This document shows, piece after piece, positions 1 through 12,749 of a stretch of 64,000 bases of DNA (the first letter of the stretch is position 1; every line of letters begins with the position of its first letter). The translations under genes were made by a program, and so were the position numbers. A model generated the notes under the pieces. That model was not told the DNA's origin. It saw only the letters and a list, made by a program, of their open reading frames with translations, and ran no database searches. The DNA comes from Phoronis australis (taxonomy: Eukaryota > Animalia > Phoronida), in the NCBI GenBank assembly GCA_002633005.1, contig NMRA01001017.1, positions 5,524 to 69,523 of the forward strand. The letters run 5' to 3'.

Positions 1-379
1 GAATTTGATCAAATCTTGATTTTTCGTGTAATGTAAACATGGTTGTAAATTGGAATCTTGGATTAAAATATTATACTTTCCCTAATAATCATAGTCAGTG
101 AGACACGTGCATGGAGGTATCCTGGTTTGGATCACAGAATTAGTCTCCAATCCACGTATTTAATGACAAGAATGTCAATGAATTCCATCAGCATTTGTTA
201 AGCTTCGTCAAAGTCGATTGTAAGAATCGTTTGAAAATTTTACCAAAACTTTTGCTCTGAGTTTTCCGCCGATTTCCAACGAAATTAGATTCCTTCAGGA
301 TTTTTTTTTTGAAAGTATTGTGGGTTTACTCTCTCAAGTCGACATTCAGGTATACAAATAGCTGTTGAGTGGTGGCTGT

Positions 380-772
380 CATAGATTAGACGTTAGCCCA
401 CAGCTTGCACGGTGTCATGTTCTTGTGTGGAAGCTGACTGTGAACAAACCAGTGTGACCGCAGGCTGGTAAGGGACATTGGTATATTGAATGCTAAATAC
501 TGACCAATAGGACCAAAAAAAAAATTAATATGCTGAGCACTACTATAAGGATATTTAGATTAAGGACTTAAGATTTTCATTTCATATCTCAACAATGGTA
601 TCACTACAAAGATTGCGAAAATACTTGCATGTCGGTACCTGTTTCATCAATATCGACCCACCGGTTTTCACGGCACATAACATTTTGTTTCACATAAAAC
701 AATAGAAGTGCTACCGTGCTCTGCATCATATACAAAGCCACGTGACAGCCAATCGCTGTCTCTATATCTATG
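380..772. mobile_element. MITE with CATAGAT termini and 8-bp TSD (P/hAT-like)
   Basis: Starts CATAGAT and ends ATCTATG; flanked by GTGGCTGT (372-379) and GTTGCTGT (773-780), 1 mismatch. Confidence 0.55.
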
Positions 773-942
773 GTTGCTGTCCTTCCCTAGTCATATGTTC
801 ATGAATACTATTTGCGGGTATATGAAAAAAATGTATAAAAGTGAAAAATCTTAATTGGTGGACATTTTGCTGGTGTATCCTACTGACAAGTGAGTGCACT
901 TGGAAAACACTAGTGAAACCTTGCGTTGTGCTTTTGTGATCT

Positions 943-1276
943 CCCCAAAGTCATGAGCAGGGACTCATCTAGAGAAAGGGGGGTTTAAATTCAGGAGATT
1001 TACACTCCCATGTGTGGGGTTTCCATATGAGGTCATCCTGACGTCACAGGTGAGGAGATATTCCCTCCAAAAACAAGGCTGTCAGCCTTTGCCATATGTC
1101 ACTGTGACGTTTATTGGTGAAAATGGACAGTAATATTCTGTGATCTCGATTTATGTCTGAATATTTATGGAATTGGTGTGTCTCTCTCTTGGACGTGCCT
1201 TTTAAACTGTCATCCTTTAAAAATGACTGTCCCAGTGACGGCTGCTAGATGAGTCTCTGGTCGTGAGTCCTTAGGG
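943..1276. mobile_element. MITE with ~30-bp imperfect TIRs
   Basis: TCATGAGCAGGGACTCATCTAG (951-972) is inverted relative to CTAGATGAGTCTCTGGTCGTGA (1246-1267). No TSD resolved. Confidence 0.5.
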
Positions 1277-2359
1277 CTATTGAACAGGTTGGGAAGTGGA
1301 TTTATTTATTTTTGCATGATTAAGCTAAGGTACAGTTTTGATTAAGTACTGAAGTCAACGTAGAGTACCTTTTTTGGCTGCTGAAGCTAGTGCTAGTGTC
1401 AAATTTCCATGAAATTTTTTTTAGTAGTCATGGATTCCCTTCTCATCATGAAAAACCTGGAAATGATGAAAATTGTTCTGGTGCATGAAAATCTGATTAA
1501 AACTTCTTTCAATTTCCTGGAAAATTCATGTAAGTTTGGATGAAGCATCTGCACTTTGCCTGTCTTGACCAGAGTCCATGTAGGGTGAACTGTGAGTCTG
1601 GTTTTTGGTGGAAAAGCAACTTATGTCTTGAACAGAAACAAATAAACACTTAAAGCAGAACTGGGACATGGTTTCATCTTGTATCTCCTTTGCCTAGAAA
1701 ATAATTTTTGATTTTAGATAGCGCTGTCATGTGGCTGAAGACTCGTTGAGGTTAACAGGTTTGTCATTTTATGCCCTGGAAGCAATTTGGATAGAAGTAG
1801 TGTGTTTATTATCTAACACTAGATGGCGTTGCCAGTGTGTACATTGGACATTACAGGCGACCTGAAGCCTATGCACTTGTCCCGTGTTTGTGGCAAGCGG
1901 TCACACGCGCATGTATTGAACTTAAATTATGACCTTTGAAGTCGGCTGACCTCACTTTAATATTAGCCCTGGACAAAGATCTTTATTAGCAGTGTCTTAT
2001 GTCACTTAAAGTACTTACTTTCTTGTAAGCATGTTCATACCGGAGACATTGATCTGACACAACAGACTCGTAATTTCCATATGATGTGCCTTTCAATTTC
2101 CAGCGGATAGGTGCGGCTCTGACTTTGTGTGCTAACCTCAGTTTCCGGGAAATTCTGGTATCTATTTTACCACCGAGCCCTACGAAAGACAATCTTTGGT
2201 TGTTCAACTTTTTTCTTTAGTTCGTGGTCGCGAGTAATTTTGCAAATACCTCTAACGACAAAAAAAGCATGATCAGCGTGCTGACATAGGCATACCGGAA
2301 ACAATGCTCCAATTTGAGGTACGTAACCCGCTACTAGGCTAGGGGGCTTCTGCTAAGAT

Positions 2360-2760
2360 AAGATCTCGTGCATTGAGAACAGTCTTGCATCAAAGGTCTC
2401 ACTGCGCATGGCTAGTAGATTGCTTGAGCCTGTGGAAATTCCTCAGTGTCTGCGCATAATTATTTAAAATTGTTTGTGCCGTTAAAAGACCAGTACGTGC
2501 AAGTTTTTACTGCAGGCTGCTATCTGAAATCTTAACAGTTTTAAGTGGTTAGAAATGTGTACGTTATCATAACCAATGCAGAACTTTTTCGAAAACCGTC
2601 GGCGAGAACATTTCAAAATAATGCTATGCAAATCACGTTATCTCATTATGAGCCCCTTGGTTGGTTAATTTACAACGTTTTGGTGTTGTACATGTTGTGA
2701 GTGTTAAAAGAAATAAATGTCTTTGTCCGTTTTTTGTTGTTGATACTCGTTTGAGACTTG
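2360..2760 (+). repeat. Dispersed repeat, family A copy 1
   Basis: Colinear similarity with 17235-17675 (AGATCTCGTGCA..., GAAAACCGT.GGCGAGAA, GTGTTAAAAGAAATAAAT.TCTTTGTCCG). Confidence 0.7.
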
Positions 2761-2996
2761 CCATGCACGTTTCACTGAAAAAGGAACTGAACCCTGAATA
2801 CTAGTGCTGCCACCTGCCAAATATCATTCAATCATTGGCGCCCCTTACTTCAGTGACAAACACAGGATTCAACAAATAACTTATACTTTCTTCGTCACAG
2901 ACAGGATGTTATGGTTCTTGGTGAGTGATCTCATTTCTGTTGAATGGTGTAACTCACCCGCCTCCCGTTCATGCAGTAACGCTAGGACCTCCCTAA

Positions 2997-3984
2997 AGTG
3001 TACACAACATGACTCTAGTACCTCAAAATAAATTTTATTATTATATCTTACTTGATTTCAGTGTCTTTAGTGCACAGCTCATAAAGAAACACGCAAAAAT
3101 TGAAAAAAATAATTATGTACAACGTCATGGGTTGAACCAAAGACGCTAACGGTCTCTGGTTGAACCCAAGTCGTTCGCAATACCGTTCGGATCAGAGACA
3201 AAGGGTATAGAGTGAAGAGAATGCAAAGTACATTTAGCGTCGAGAAGGTTCGTAGAGGGATCAAAAGATGTGTTTCCGGAGGCTGCAGCAACAGCAGCCA
3301 GGCGGAAAACGTCTCGGTGTTCCGAAGGACACCAAAGTTGCGCAGAAGTGGCATGACTTCGTGCGCCGAACGAGAGTGTGGGACGTCATCGTGGACCAAG
3401 CGATTCGGTCCGGGGCCACTCTGTGTTCTGCCCACTTTGAGGACTCATGTTTCGACTCCAGTCACATGAGACGTTACGATGAAGGCCTGGTTCAATAAAG
3501 GACAATATTTATCATTCAGAAACATCAGCTCTTAATTCAGGATCGTCTGTTGGATGACTGGGTTGACTCGCCGAGCCCGAGGCCGCTTCTCTCGCGGGAG
3601 GATCCAGTTCATAAGGCTCAAAGTAGAAAAGTACGCAGCCGGAAGCACATTAAACTTGTTCTCGCTTTCGTGCAACCCCATTTCCTCATCCTGGCCACCA
3701 TTCCCATACGTTTCTTCATAGTATTCGTTCAATTCTTGCTCTTAATCGTCGTCACTTTCAAATTCCCTGGTCTCCGCCATTGTTCAATGCTAGTCACTGA
3801 TCTCTTGTGTTCAACCCATGACGTCACATGGCGGGAAATGTGAAAATTGGCAAAATTGAAAGAAAAATCAAAATTTTGAGCTAATTACACAAAATAAACA
3901 TGGGTTTAGCTAAATTTTACGTCATACATTTAGTCTGTGGCCACCGGTAATTCAAAATGTGCAAAAATCCATGGTGTGTACTGT
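2997..3984 (+). mobile_element. Non-autonomous Kolobok(P)-like DNA transposon with frameshifted THAP remnant
   Basis: CTAA|AGTGTACACAACATG ... CATGGTGTGTACTGT|TTAA (12/15 TIR, TTAA-like TSD). Subterminal inverted repeat ACGTCATGGGTTGAAC at 3122 and ~3809. THAP motifs CVSGGCSN / PKD..W..FV / LCSAHFEDSCF split across two frames (3260-3500). Convergent minus-strand FYFEPY remnant at ~3610-3630. Confidence 0.7.
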
Positions 3985-6248
3985 TTAAAGGCAAGACTTC
4001 GCGAGAGTACGTGAGATATTGCTGACTCGGTTTTAGCTAGGTCCTAGCGTCTACTAGTGAACGCACGCCCGTTCTAAAGCATAGGTCACGCTTCCCCGTT
4101 TAGCACACTTCGAGGATTTATAAAGTGTCGAGGTTACAGAGCATTTTATTGTAGAGAACTAGATGGAAACGTCGATTTCAAGCTCTGTTCATAGGCTAAT
4201 ACCGACTTTGGTATCCTTTTACGCGTTCCTGTGCTGACGACACCCAGGCCAATTATCTACACAGTTAACACCGGTCAACTAAATGCATATGAGCAGAAGT
4301 TGACCCGAAATGAACTGTCACCGAAGTTGGTGTTAATTTTTACCAGCTTTCCTGGTAGAACAAATTGCGACCGATCGTCTCGTTTCGTGTCAGAGTACAC
4401 GTCGAAACGAAACACTGGGTCAAGGTAATCGAGTAGTAGGAACCGGGCCAGACCTTAGTAGTCGGTCAATGCTAGTTCTCTGATCAACCGGGAAAACCGT
4501 TGCCGTCGTCTGCTTTACCTGAGCTCCTGTTGTGTTGTGCAGGGCAATTATCCCATTAGCGATGTGTTCACCGACGGCAATAAAATACAGACTGAATAAA
4601 TTGAAAATGTCAAGGACAGATCATACTGGTAATTTTGAACGTGTTTGGCTTCTGAAGTTGAATTCTTCGTGAAAAATTAGCGTAATTGTAGGCGGGGAAT
4701 AATCGCAAGCAAAAAAACTGCATTTACTCTGCGTGGTTATAATTGAGCGTTTGCGTCGTGACGTAGAACAAAATCAGTAGTTACCCGGCGACTAACAAAA
4801 GAAACGTTGGTATAAGGCCTTTAATTGTAAACCGCGGGATAGGTCTAGAATGCGGATTGAATGGGAGTAATATGTCATCATATGTTACCTGCTCGTAGGC
4901 AAAATTTCAGCCTCTCCAGCGGCGTTTTTAAGCATTTTGCGCCTATATCAGTTTGCCCCCGCCACACTGGCATCAAAGTTAGAGAACTGATAACCACTCA
5001 CCAACTGGTTCCACTGGGCCGAACTGAAGCCTAAGCTGCTATTTTGGCAAATTTGTATTGTATTGGCCTTCGCGTAAAATTGACCCTACTTTTCACAAGT
5101 ACTGAGGCCTATATTTATTACGACGGACGCAGTTGTTTCAGAGGACGCTCTTTGGTCAATTGTTTTTCGACGTAACTTGTTCATTGTAACAAGTTAAGTT
5201 ATAAAATGTTTGAACATGTAGCAAATAACATTTCCGATTTCCTCGTAAAATGCTGATCAAGTTTAGTTTTTGCCAAATCACCATAATTGTCCAACTACAA
5301 CGAAGTTAAGACAATTTATTGTTTCTGAACGTAACAACTCGGGTTTGCCCTGTTCACGCGTGATCGATTCTGAGACTTGTAGATGTTATTCCGCCTGCAT
5401 GTTGTCATACCAGACAAAAGACTATGCTCGACAGTTAACAAAGGAGGTTATCACACGCTCACAACCACCGCTCTAACCTAGCTCCTCGCTGGTTCCCTAC
5501 GTGCCGCGCCGAGTCAGCACGCTGGCTACCTCCTTGGGCACGCAGGGAACCAGCGAGCTCTAACCTCATCCAAGATTAACCAATCAAAAACCATATGAAG
5601 AAATTCTCGCGAGGCTGGGTTCGAGACCACCACTGCAGCTAAGGATGCCTAGCAACTTGATTCGCGAATTTTTCACAACATTCAATGCAAATATTTAGTA
5701 GTAAGTATTGGGTAACCTTCAAAGGTTTGTTGTTAAATAAAGATGTGTAGTGCGTCTGCACTACCTCATCATTCCCGTTCTAAAACTTGATTTTGTCAAC
5801 GGAACAAAATAAAAACCCGAGGCGACTTTGGCAATGGGCCGCGTATTGGGTTTCCAAGAAATACAACCGAAATGGCGTCCGTGACAAGACAATCTTAAGA
5901 CTACTTTCTACATTGACAGGGCATTCGTTTCCCAAAAGGGAAAGGTTCCTGTGCCTTTTGAGTTTCTTTCGCCGGGGTTTGTAGGAGATTTTCATCTAGC
6001 CCCGCCGCCGTTAGTTGTATGAGTTATGTAAGTTCTATGTGGTAGGTGATTTTTCTTGGAAAGGCCAGGTTAAGACTTCCTTTCCTTTGCTCTGGCTCTG
6101 CACCAGCCCTTTTGCTATTCTCCCCATCCAGATTGTAAGCAATGGAAGCTTGAGGTATCACTGCAAAATCAGGACTTTGGAACAGCGGAATTCGGTGGCA
6201 ATAATTACTGAAGTCATACCCTTTTAATTGTGGACTGGGATTTGTGTG

Positions 6249-6370
6249 TAGCCTTGTTGCAAAGCTGTATACTAAATGTACAGCTTTGCGCCGATGTGGG
6301 TAAAAAACTAAAAAAATAACATCTGACACAAAATTAGTGTCATTAAAAACTACACTCTTCAGTAAGTTAA
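6249..6370 (-). repeat. Terminal fragment of family B (TAGCCT-ended, Academ-like) element
   Basis: Reverse complement of the ends at 31018-31076 and 55743-55797; hairpin GCAAAGCTGTA...TACAGCTTTGC. Confidence 0.6.
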
Positions 6371-6988
6371 ATTATTTAAGTGTGTTGGAAAAAATGACGT
6401 TCTACCATGCAGCTGCTGCTCAGTAAAACTTTGGTGCGATCTTTTGTGTTAGCTTTCGGCGCCAGCATGAAATATTGCATATCCTATTGCCCAGCTTCTT
6501 TTGTGGCTATTCTTTATTCAACTGTTCTTCCACAAGGTTACGTATACATGTCGCAACAAATTATCGAACTGGTTTCATGATTTCGTAAGTTTTTAGCAAA
6601 CTGTATTTTAATTCCAGTAAACCAAATTTCACAATAAATTTTGCTGAATGTGAAGCTAGCTGTCATCATTTCCTGAGAGATGTTGTCAACGTTTAGGAAA
6701 TGTGCCACAAGCGTACATGTAGCTGTTTTCAAAACAACAACAGACTTTTCTAAGGCAGAGTATCGTGCAAGAGAAATGACGTTTATTAGTTTGTTTTTCA
6801 CTGAATGGCAATGGGCAAGATGAGCCTCAGTTGACTCCCAGAGTTTGCATGCACCCCCATCACTTATTAGCTCTACATGTTGATATAAGTTTCACTATGA
6901 GGTGACCAGCAGAGTTGAATAAACTACCCAGGCTTTTTGAAATGTACACAGTGGTACCTAGCTGCATTTTAAGGATAATCTTCACAAA

Positions 6989-7021
<33 letters not shown>
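6989..7021. repeat. (TGGC)n microsatellite
   Basis: About 8 perfect TGGC units. Confidence 0.95.
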
Positions 7022-8609
7022 AGGATTTGTCCAAACACTTGGCTCGCATTTTGGAATTTTTGAGGTGTGACCTGCAGCTAATTTTTATTTCTAGTCCTGA
7101 TCAGATTATGGTCAGCTTACGTGACTTTCCAAATAAATGAGGATTTAGTCAATGCACCCAGGACCCTGACATTTAGAATTTTTAGCTCATAACACAAATC
7201 TGACTGCGCTGGAGGCCGAAATGAGACTATAGAGCAGTTGCACCAAACTCTAAATTAGGTTTCATTTGTCATGTTCCACTCTTGGTATAAACTTGATCCA
7301 TCAAAATGTATAGTTATTCTGTTCCTGTTTGGTTCAGGCAGATTGTCTAATCCAAATATCATTACCAACTTGGTCCAGCGTACCGCGTCCATGTGTACTT
7401 TAATTTTCAATTGATTTGTACACGATTGGATAATCACGGTAGTTGGTAGTCTAGTCCGCAGAATCCTTCAATATACAGCAACATTTCTTTTGTGTCATGT
7501 CTAGAATTTCTAGGTTACACTGGTCAGGGCTCACATTCTCCCAGCCCTCAGATGACTTTATGCTGCCTATCTGCACAACCTTTGTATTGATGTAGATCTG
7601 AGCAAGTGAAGTGGAAAGGTTAAATAGCACTAGGCTTAGGGTCTCAACAATTGTGGTTGTTATTACACCCAAATTGGTAGGAGAGTAGTTTTAACTTGGT
7701 ACATTTGAAATATTACCAAATGACTAAAAAAGTTAATTTGTGTTTATCTTGACAAAGGGACACTTCCCAAAGGAACAATGGTTTCAAAATGTTTCAAAGC
7801 GGTTTTCGAATTTTTCATTTTTGTTTACTAATTGCTTTTTCTTTCCGGGACTGGTATTTTTATGTCATTTTTGAACTTGAAGTATCAAAAACAGTGGTAT
7901 ATTTTGATGGCCAGTGAAATTTAATTAGTTTAGTTAATTGTGAACCCATCCCTGAACTTTCCATATTACAGATTCTCTAACCATTTCACGACAAACAAAA
8001 TTACACGTGACGTCATTAGTTCTTAAGTTTAATCTCTATTAGAACTCAAATCATAAAATGTATACAAAAGAGCAAATATGGTGATAGCCAAACTGAGGAT
8101 TTGGAATCTCTAGACAATTTCGGTTGAACTGCATGACTCTGTAAGTGTTCTATCTTTTTGTCAGTCTTAAAAATGAAGAGTGGGTACAAGTTAAGTACAA
8201 CTGCTCTCTACTCAAAGATCTGATAAACGAGATTCAAAGAATATTAAAAGAAGGCTAATGCGATGTTGTTAACTCTGATGAGCGTGTGCAAATCCACAGA
8301 GTGTATCATTACGCATGGTCGTTTATTTTCAATCGTACCCAATGTTTGTAGTTTTTAGCTTATTAGTTCATTGATTTTTAAAAACTGAAAACCATACTTG
8401 GTTGTTTTTTCTAGCTGAATACTGCCGTGATGTTCATTTTTAAGGAAATTAGTGGTTAATGCATTGTGAAAATTTTCCAGTATATGTACAGGCTGAGATG
8501 TTTACTACAGTTTGTGTTCTGGTAATTACAATACAAGTAATTGGGTCTTGTTGGTACACGACAATGCATCATCACAACTGTATCTGACTCCAGCACTGCA
8601 CTCTCTTTA

Positions 8610-9118
8610 GGGCCTTTCATACTAACGTCGACGCGTCGATGGTTTGGGGAGTTGCGGTCAGTATGACCGCTTAACTCCAGTCCTGTATCGCAGTTAACAG
8701 CTCCAGTTAACATCGCAGTTAACAGGTGGATTTAATAGCGCAGCGTCGACACTGCGGTGCCGTATAAACGGTTAACTTCGGTCCAATCGAAGTTATCGCC
8801 AGGTGCCACTGTTATCGTCAACTGTTACAGGCTAGTGTCGTCTCTATAGCTGCTTATATTTTGCTCTTACAACAACCAATCGATTTAATAATAGGTTTAA
8901 TGACATTTAGCACATGTAAATGTTCCCAAATTGTCACATTGAAAAAAATCTTAGCGTGCAGCGCTACCTAATTGCGATAACTTCGATTACGACGTCACCA
9001 ACTGTTTACTTCGATGTACTTCATTAAAACTTTCGAAGCCAGTATGAACGGTCCATTTAACTGTGCTGTTTATGTCCACGCTCTGCTCAGACCGGAGTTA
9101 AGTCCATATGAAAGGGCC
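8610..9118. mobile_element. PIF/Harbinger-like MITE
   Basis: TTA|GGGCCTTTCATA ... TATGAAAGGGCC|TTT termini; internal repeated palindromes GTTAAC and GTCGAC. Confidence 0.5.
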
Positions 9119-9929
9119 TTTTGATCCTGGTAAAAGCCGCTCTGAAGAACAATCATGTGGAGCAGGGCAATAACCTGTTAACAATGGTTGCAGGATGATA
9201 AAATACTGTCTGAAATCTACAAGTGAGCCTTTTTCAAATAGTTAATTCATCAGGATGGTAAATAACATTGACACAGTCAGCACTGTAGAATACATCAGGA
9301 AAAGCAGTTGAAAATTTCTGCTGGTATTTAACGCTTTTTTTATGGAAAAAAAGTTGTCCTTTGTCAACTATCATTGAGACTAATTTGGTACAGATCGACA
9401 TCTTTGAGGGCAGTGTTCCGAAGTACTAATTTCCGGGTGTCAGCGGCATACAAATTCCCCACAGTATCAAATATACATGTTCATGGATTATGTACGTAAT
9501 TATTCCCGTCAAGTTTTAGCTTTCCGTTGATACTTCAGATAATGGTTTTATTCTATAGAGCAAGTATATTGAGAGAAAGGCAAAAGTGAAAACATGATGC
9601 ATCATGATTTGCACAATCTTCAAGTTTTTATTTTTACAATAACGTAACCAAGTTAGGTTTCATTACAGTGTATTTCGGCTGTAAGCTTTACAGGTTACGT
9701 TACTGTTCATTATGTTCTATTCCAGCTATTCAAGTAGTCAATGCAGCTTGCTGTCAGCAGTCATGATGGAAAATTCGACCTCAGTGCCCTGTGTCATCAT
9801 AATGGCATAATTCCGTGTAGGACAGTGTGGGCATTCATAGTGAAGGTGTGTCCAGGCTGTGTTCATCTGTCAAAAGGTATCAAAGTTGTGTTCATCTGCA
9901 GTACTTTTGTATATGAAGGGATCGGCATA

Positions 9930-11936
9930 ACGAGCTGCAGGTCGCATTTGCTACCTGAAATTTGGAAATGCGAGCTGATATCGCACTGCGGCACTGCAGG
10001 TCGGTCCCGTTGTTAGCGTGCAAGCGGTCCCGGCAAGACAATCATGACAATCATGTGCACCTCGTTTTTATTCCATAAGACAGCCCAAGTGAAAATGACA
10101 ACCTATTAATCCCCAAACGATGATCACATCTTTACTTTCAGTTGCCAAGAAATTCTCAAACCCCATTACTTGTTTCTCAGTGGGGCTACGTGTGCGAAAT
10201 ATGATTTGTCTTTCACACATTGTTGCCAACGTAAAGTGTAGGCCTATTCCAGCGATTCAAGTGCGTGAACTCACGCGTGCGCAACGTTTTGAAGCTGTAC
10301 ATCAAAAGAGAACAGCGGCAGTCCTAAATGAAAGAGTATACCGGCTTGGCTCTGTCAAGCACTGGGTGCCAATGGTTTATTTGAAAATGAACTCATAGAT
10401 TTCCGGCGGTTACGATGCTTTACGATATTCCCCGGGACAGATGTAACCCAGAACTGATATTTTCCGGTTCGGATGTTTCTCGAGGTCGATGTTCTCTAAA
10501 CCCTATATTCTATGCCCGTAGCCAGCTATTGCAACTAAACGGGTACTAGATGCGAAATTGTGTTTAGCGAACTTTTTATTCTTCTCTTCATACACCTCCC
10601 CCCGCCCCCTCCCGGGCAACTTTTCGTTCCCCTGACCACCGCCTCCGCAAAAATGTTCAGACTCCAATAGAAACAATCATGTTCCAGCTGAAGCGGGCAA
10701 TTAAAAACAAAATTATTCCTTGTGTCTAAAAAGGGTACAGTGTAGGTGGTAACGATATGCAGAAAGTCACCCCTACTAGATGGAGTTTGCCTCGCAAAGC
10801 GGCATTATTATGACGTTTCATTGTAGTCTTTTAATATCTTATTACCGCAAACACTCAGGTTAACGACTATGCTAACGCACAAGCCTACTCCCTACCTTTG
10901 AAGTGTTTCACAATAAGCGCTCACTGACCTACTAAGCGTTCCCCCTCAACTTTTGAGAATTTCCAATTAAGCGCCCACTGTTTAGGCTAGCGCCCATCAT
11001 ATCGCACTACAAACGACCTCGCGTGGTTTAAAATTGACTCGCAGCCTATATGGTGTGTCACTCTCATTTTACACAACAAATTCCGTTTTCAAAAAACGTC
11101 TTTTCTCAATATGTAAAAACCAAATCCCAGCTTTGTTTTATACCTCCGAAAGAAAGTTAACACTAGTGACATGCGTGTCGTTTTGTGACTGACCTATTTT
11201 CCCCGTACCTGGAAGGTATTGAGCAAACTTGCCATTACCAGATGGAAACTCGCACGGAGGGAGTCGGGAATTATTTGGAGGCTATTCACTTCATGGAAAA
11301 CTAATTGTTGAGTACGTAAACAGCATAAGTACCACATTTTTGTTGTGAAATTTGCACTGAATTGTTTATTCGGTTAAAGCATCGTTTCACGGATTTTTTT
11401 CGACAGACGTTTTTCAAACATGAGTTAAGTTGCAAAATGTGGGCTGCGAACAAAAAGTGGAGGGAATTTGCCCTCGGAGTTAGTTCGAATCTTTAACGAC
11501 TTTGATGCCAGCCAGTAGCAGGTCAGACCTAGCAAAATCCCGGATACTTTTTCAACGGGCATTTTCTCCCTTTTCAAATCGCAAACTTAGCTACTCGAAT
11601 GCACGTGTCAGTTAGAGAGCACTAATTCAACTTTCACGTCGGGAACTTGACTTGCGCTCTAGAGACTTTCAATGGCGGTCGTGTAGAACAGTAACGCCGT
11701 ACCTGCATGAACGAAGTCAGTTTTGGGATCTGAAATTTGTGAGTATTTAACGCGGCAGGAAAGAGCATAATCTAAACATTTTCTCGATGATCTAAAATCA
11801 ATTTTGGCGCGTAAAAATGGCGGGAAAATTTTGCGACCTGGCATTTATGAATGCGAGCTGGATTTTGGAAATGCGACCTGGGATTCTTGCTAGGTCGCAA
11901 AATGCGACCTGGCGATTTTAATAGCGTCGAGCCCTG
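9930..11936. mobile_element. hAT-like non-autonomous element (left boundary uncertain)
   Basis: Right end ...TCGAGCCCTG with clustered subterminal TGCGACCTG/TGCGAGCTG motifs (11830-11915); the same motifs occur at 9932-9980. Confidence 0.4.
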
Positions 11937-12749
11937 ATATCAGTGCCAAAGTAGCAAAATGTCTCACCATAGCACAATGACTTAATTGTCCTTGCTTTTC
12001 CATGGCTACGAAGCATGTTGAACTTAGATCTGGGAGTATTGCTCATTATTATAAGTTGCTTTATACTTTTAAAGAAGCCAAGAATGGTACGATGACACTT
12101 GGCTTACCTCAAAATCCAACTGCTGCCTTATGGTTTGGTAATTGGCCCAATTATGTGGCACACTCAGCAGAATTATTGAGAATCAACATCAGTGAAAAAT
12201 GTTTTAGGTTGTAAATATGTCACATTGCTTGTCCGATTTTCACAGTTCAAAAACCTAATCGCCTGTATTTTTCAAAATGTATACAATTTTAAAATACCAT
12301 TGTTGCTCTCAGTGTGTTTATCATGGCTCTGAGTATCTAGACTAATGACAATGTCACCAGCCCGATAGACGCGATGAATTAACTACAACAGCATGGCTAT
12401 ATCTTTGATCAATGTAGCAGATATACTCAGAGGTTTGCAAACCCGTCATGTTGCCCAATCTCAACCAGTGAGGGGTTGTGAATGTAGGATTCTCATGAAA
12501 CAGGCACCTGTTAAGGAGCTAGCTTATGTACTTATGATAATTCAGTTGAGCAATGTAGCCATGCAAGATAATGTGAGTTCTTGCTTCATGGGCTTGACAT
12601 ATAATTGTGTGGTAAATTGGTGAGATTTTGTTGCATTCTATTCATTGATTGGATTTCTACGGGTAGACTGTCATGGGGTTCTCGGTGACTTAACTGACTC
12701 TGTATGCTTCTGTAAGTAGGGTATCATATACTTATTTTTTTTTCAGAAA

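Noticed and set aside
3268-3498. Host THAP-domain gene
   Set aside because: The domain is split by a frameshift and lies within TIR/TSD boundaries.
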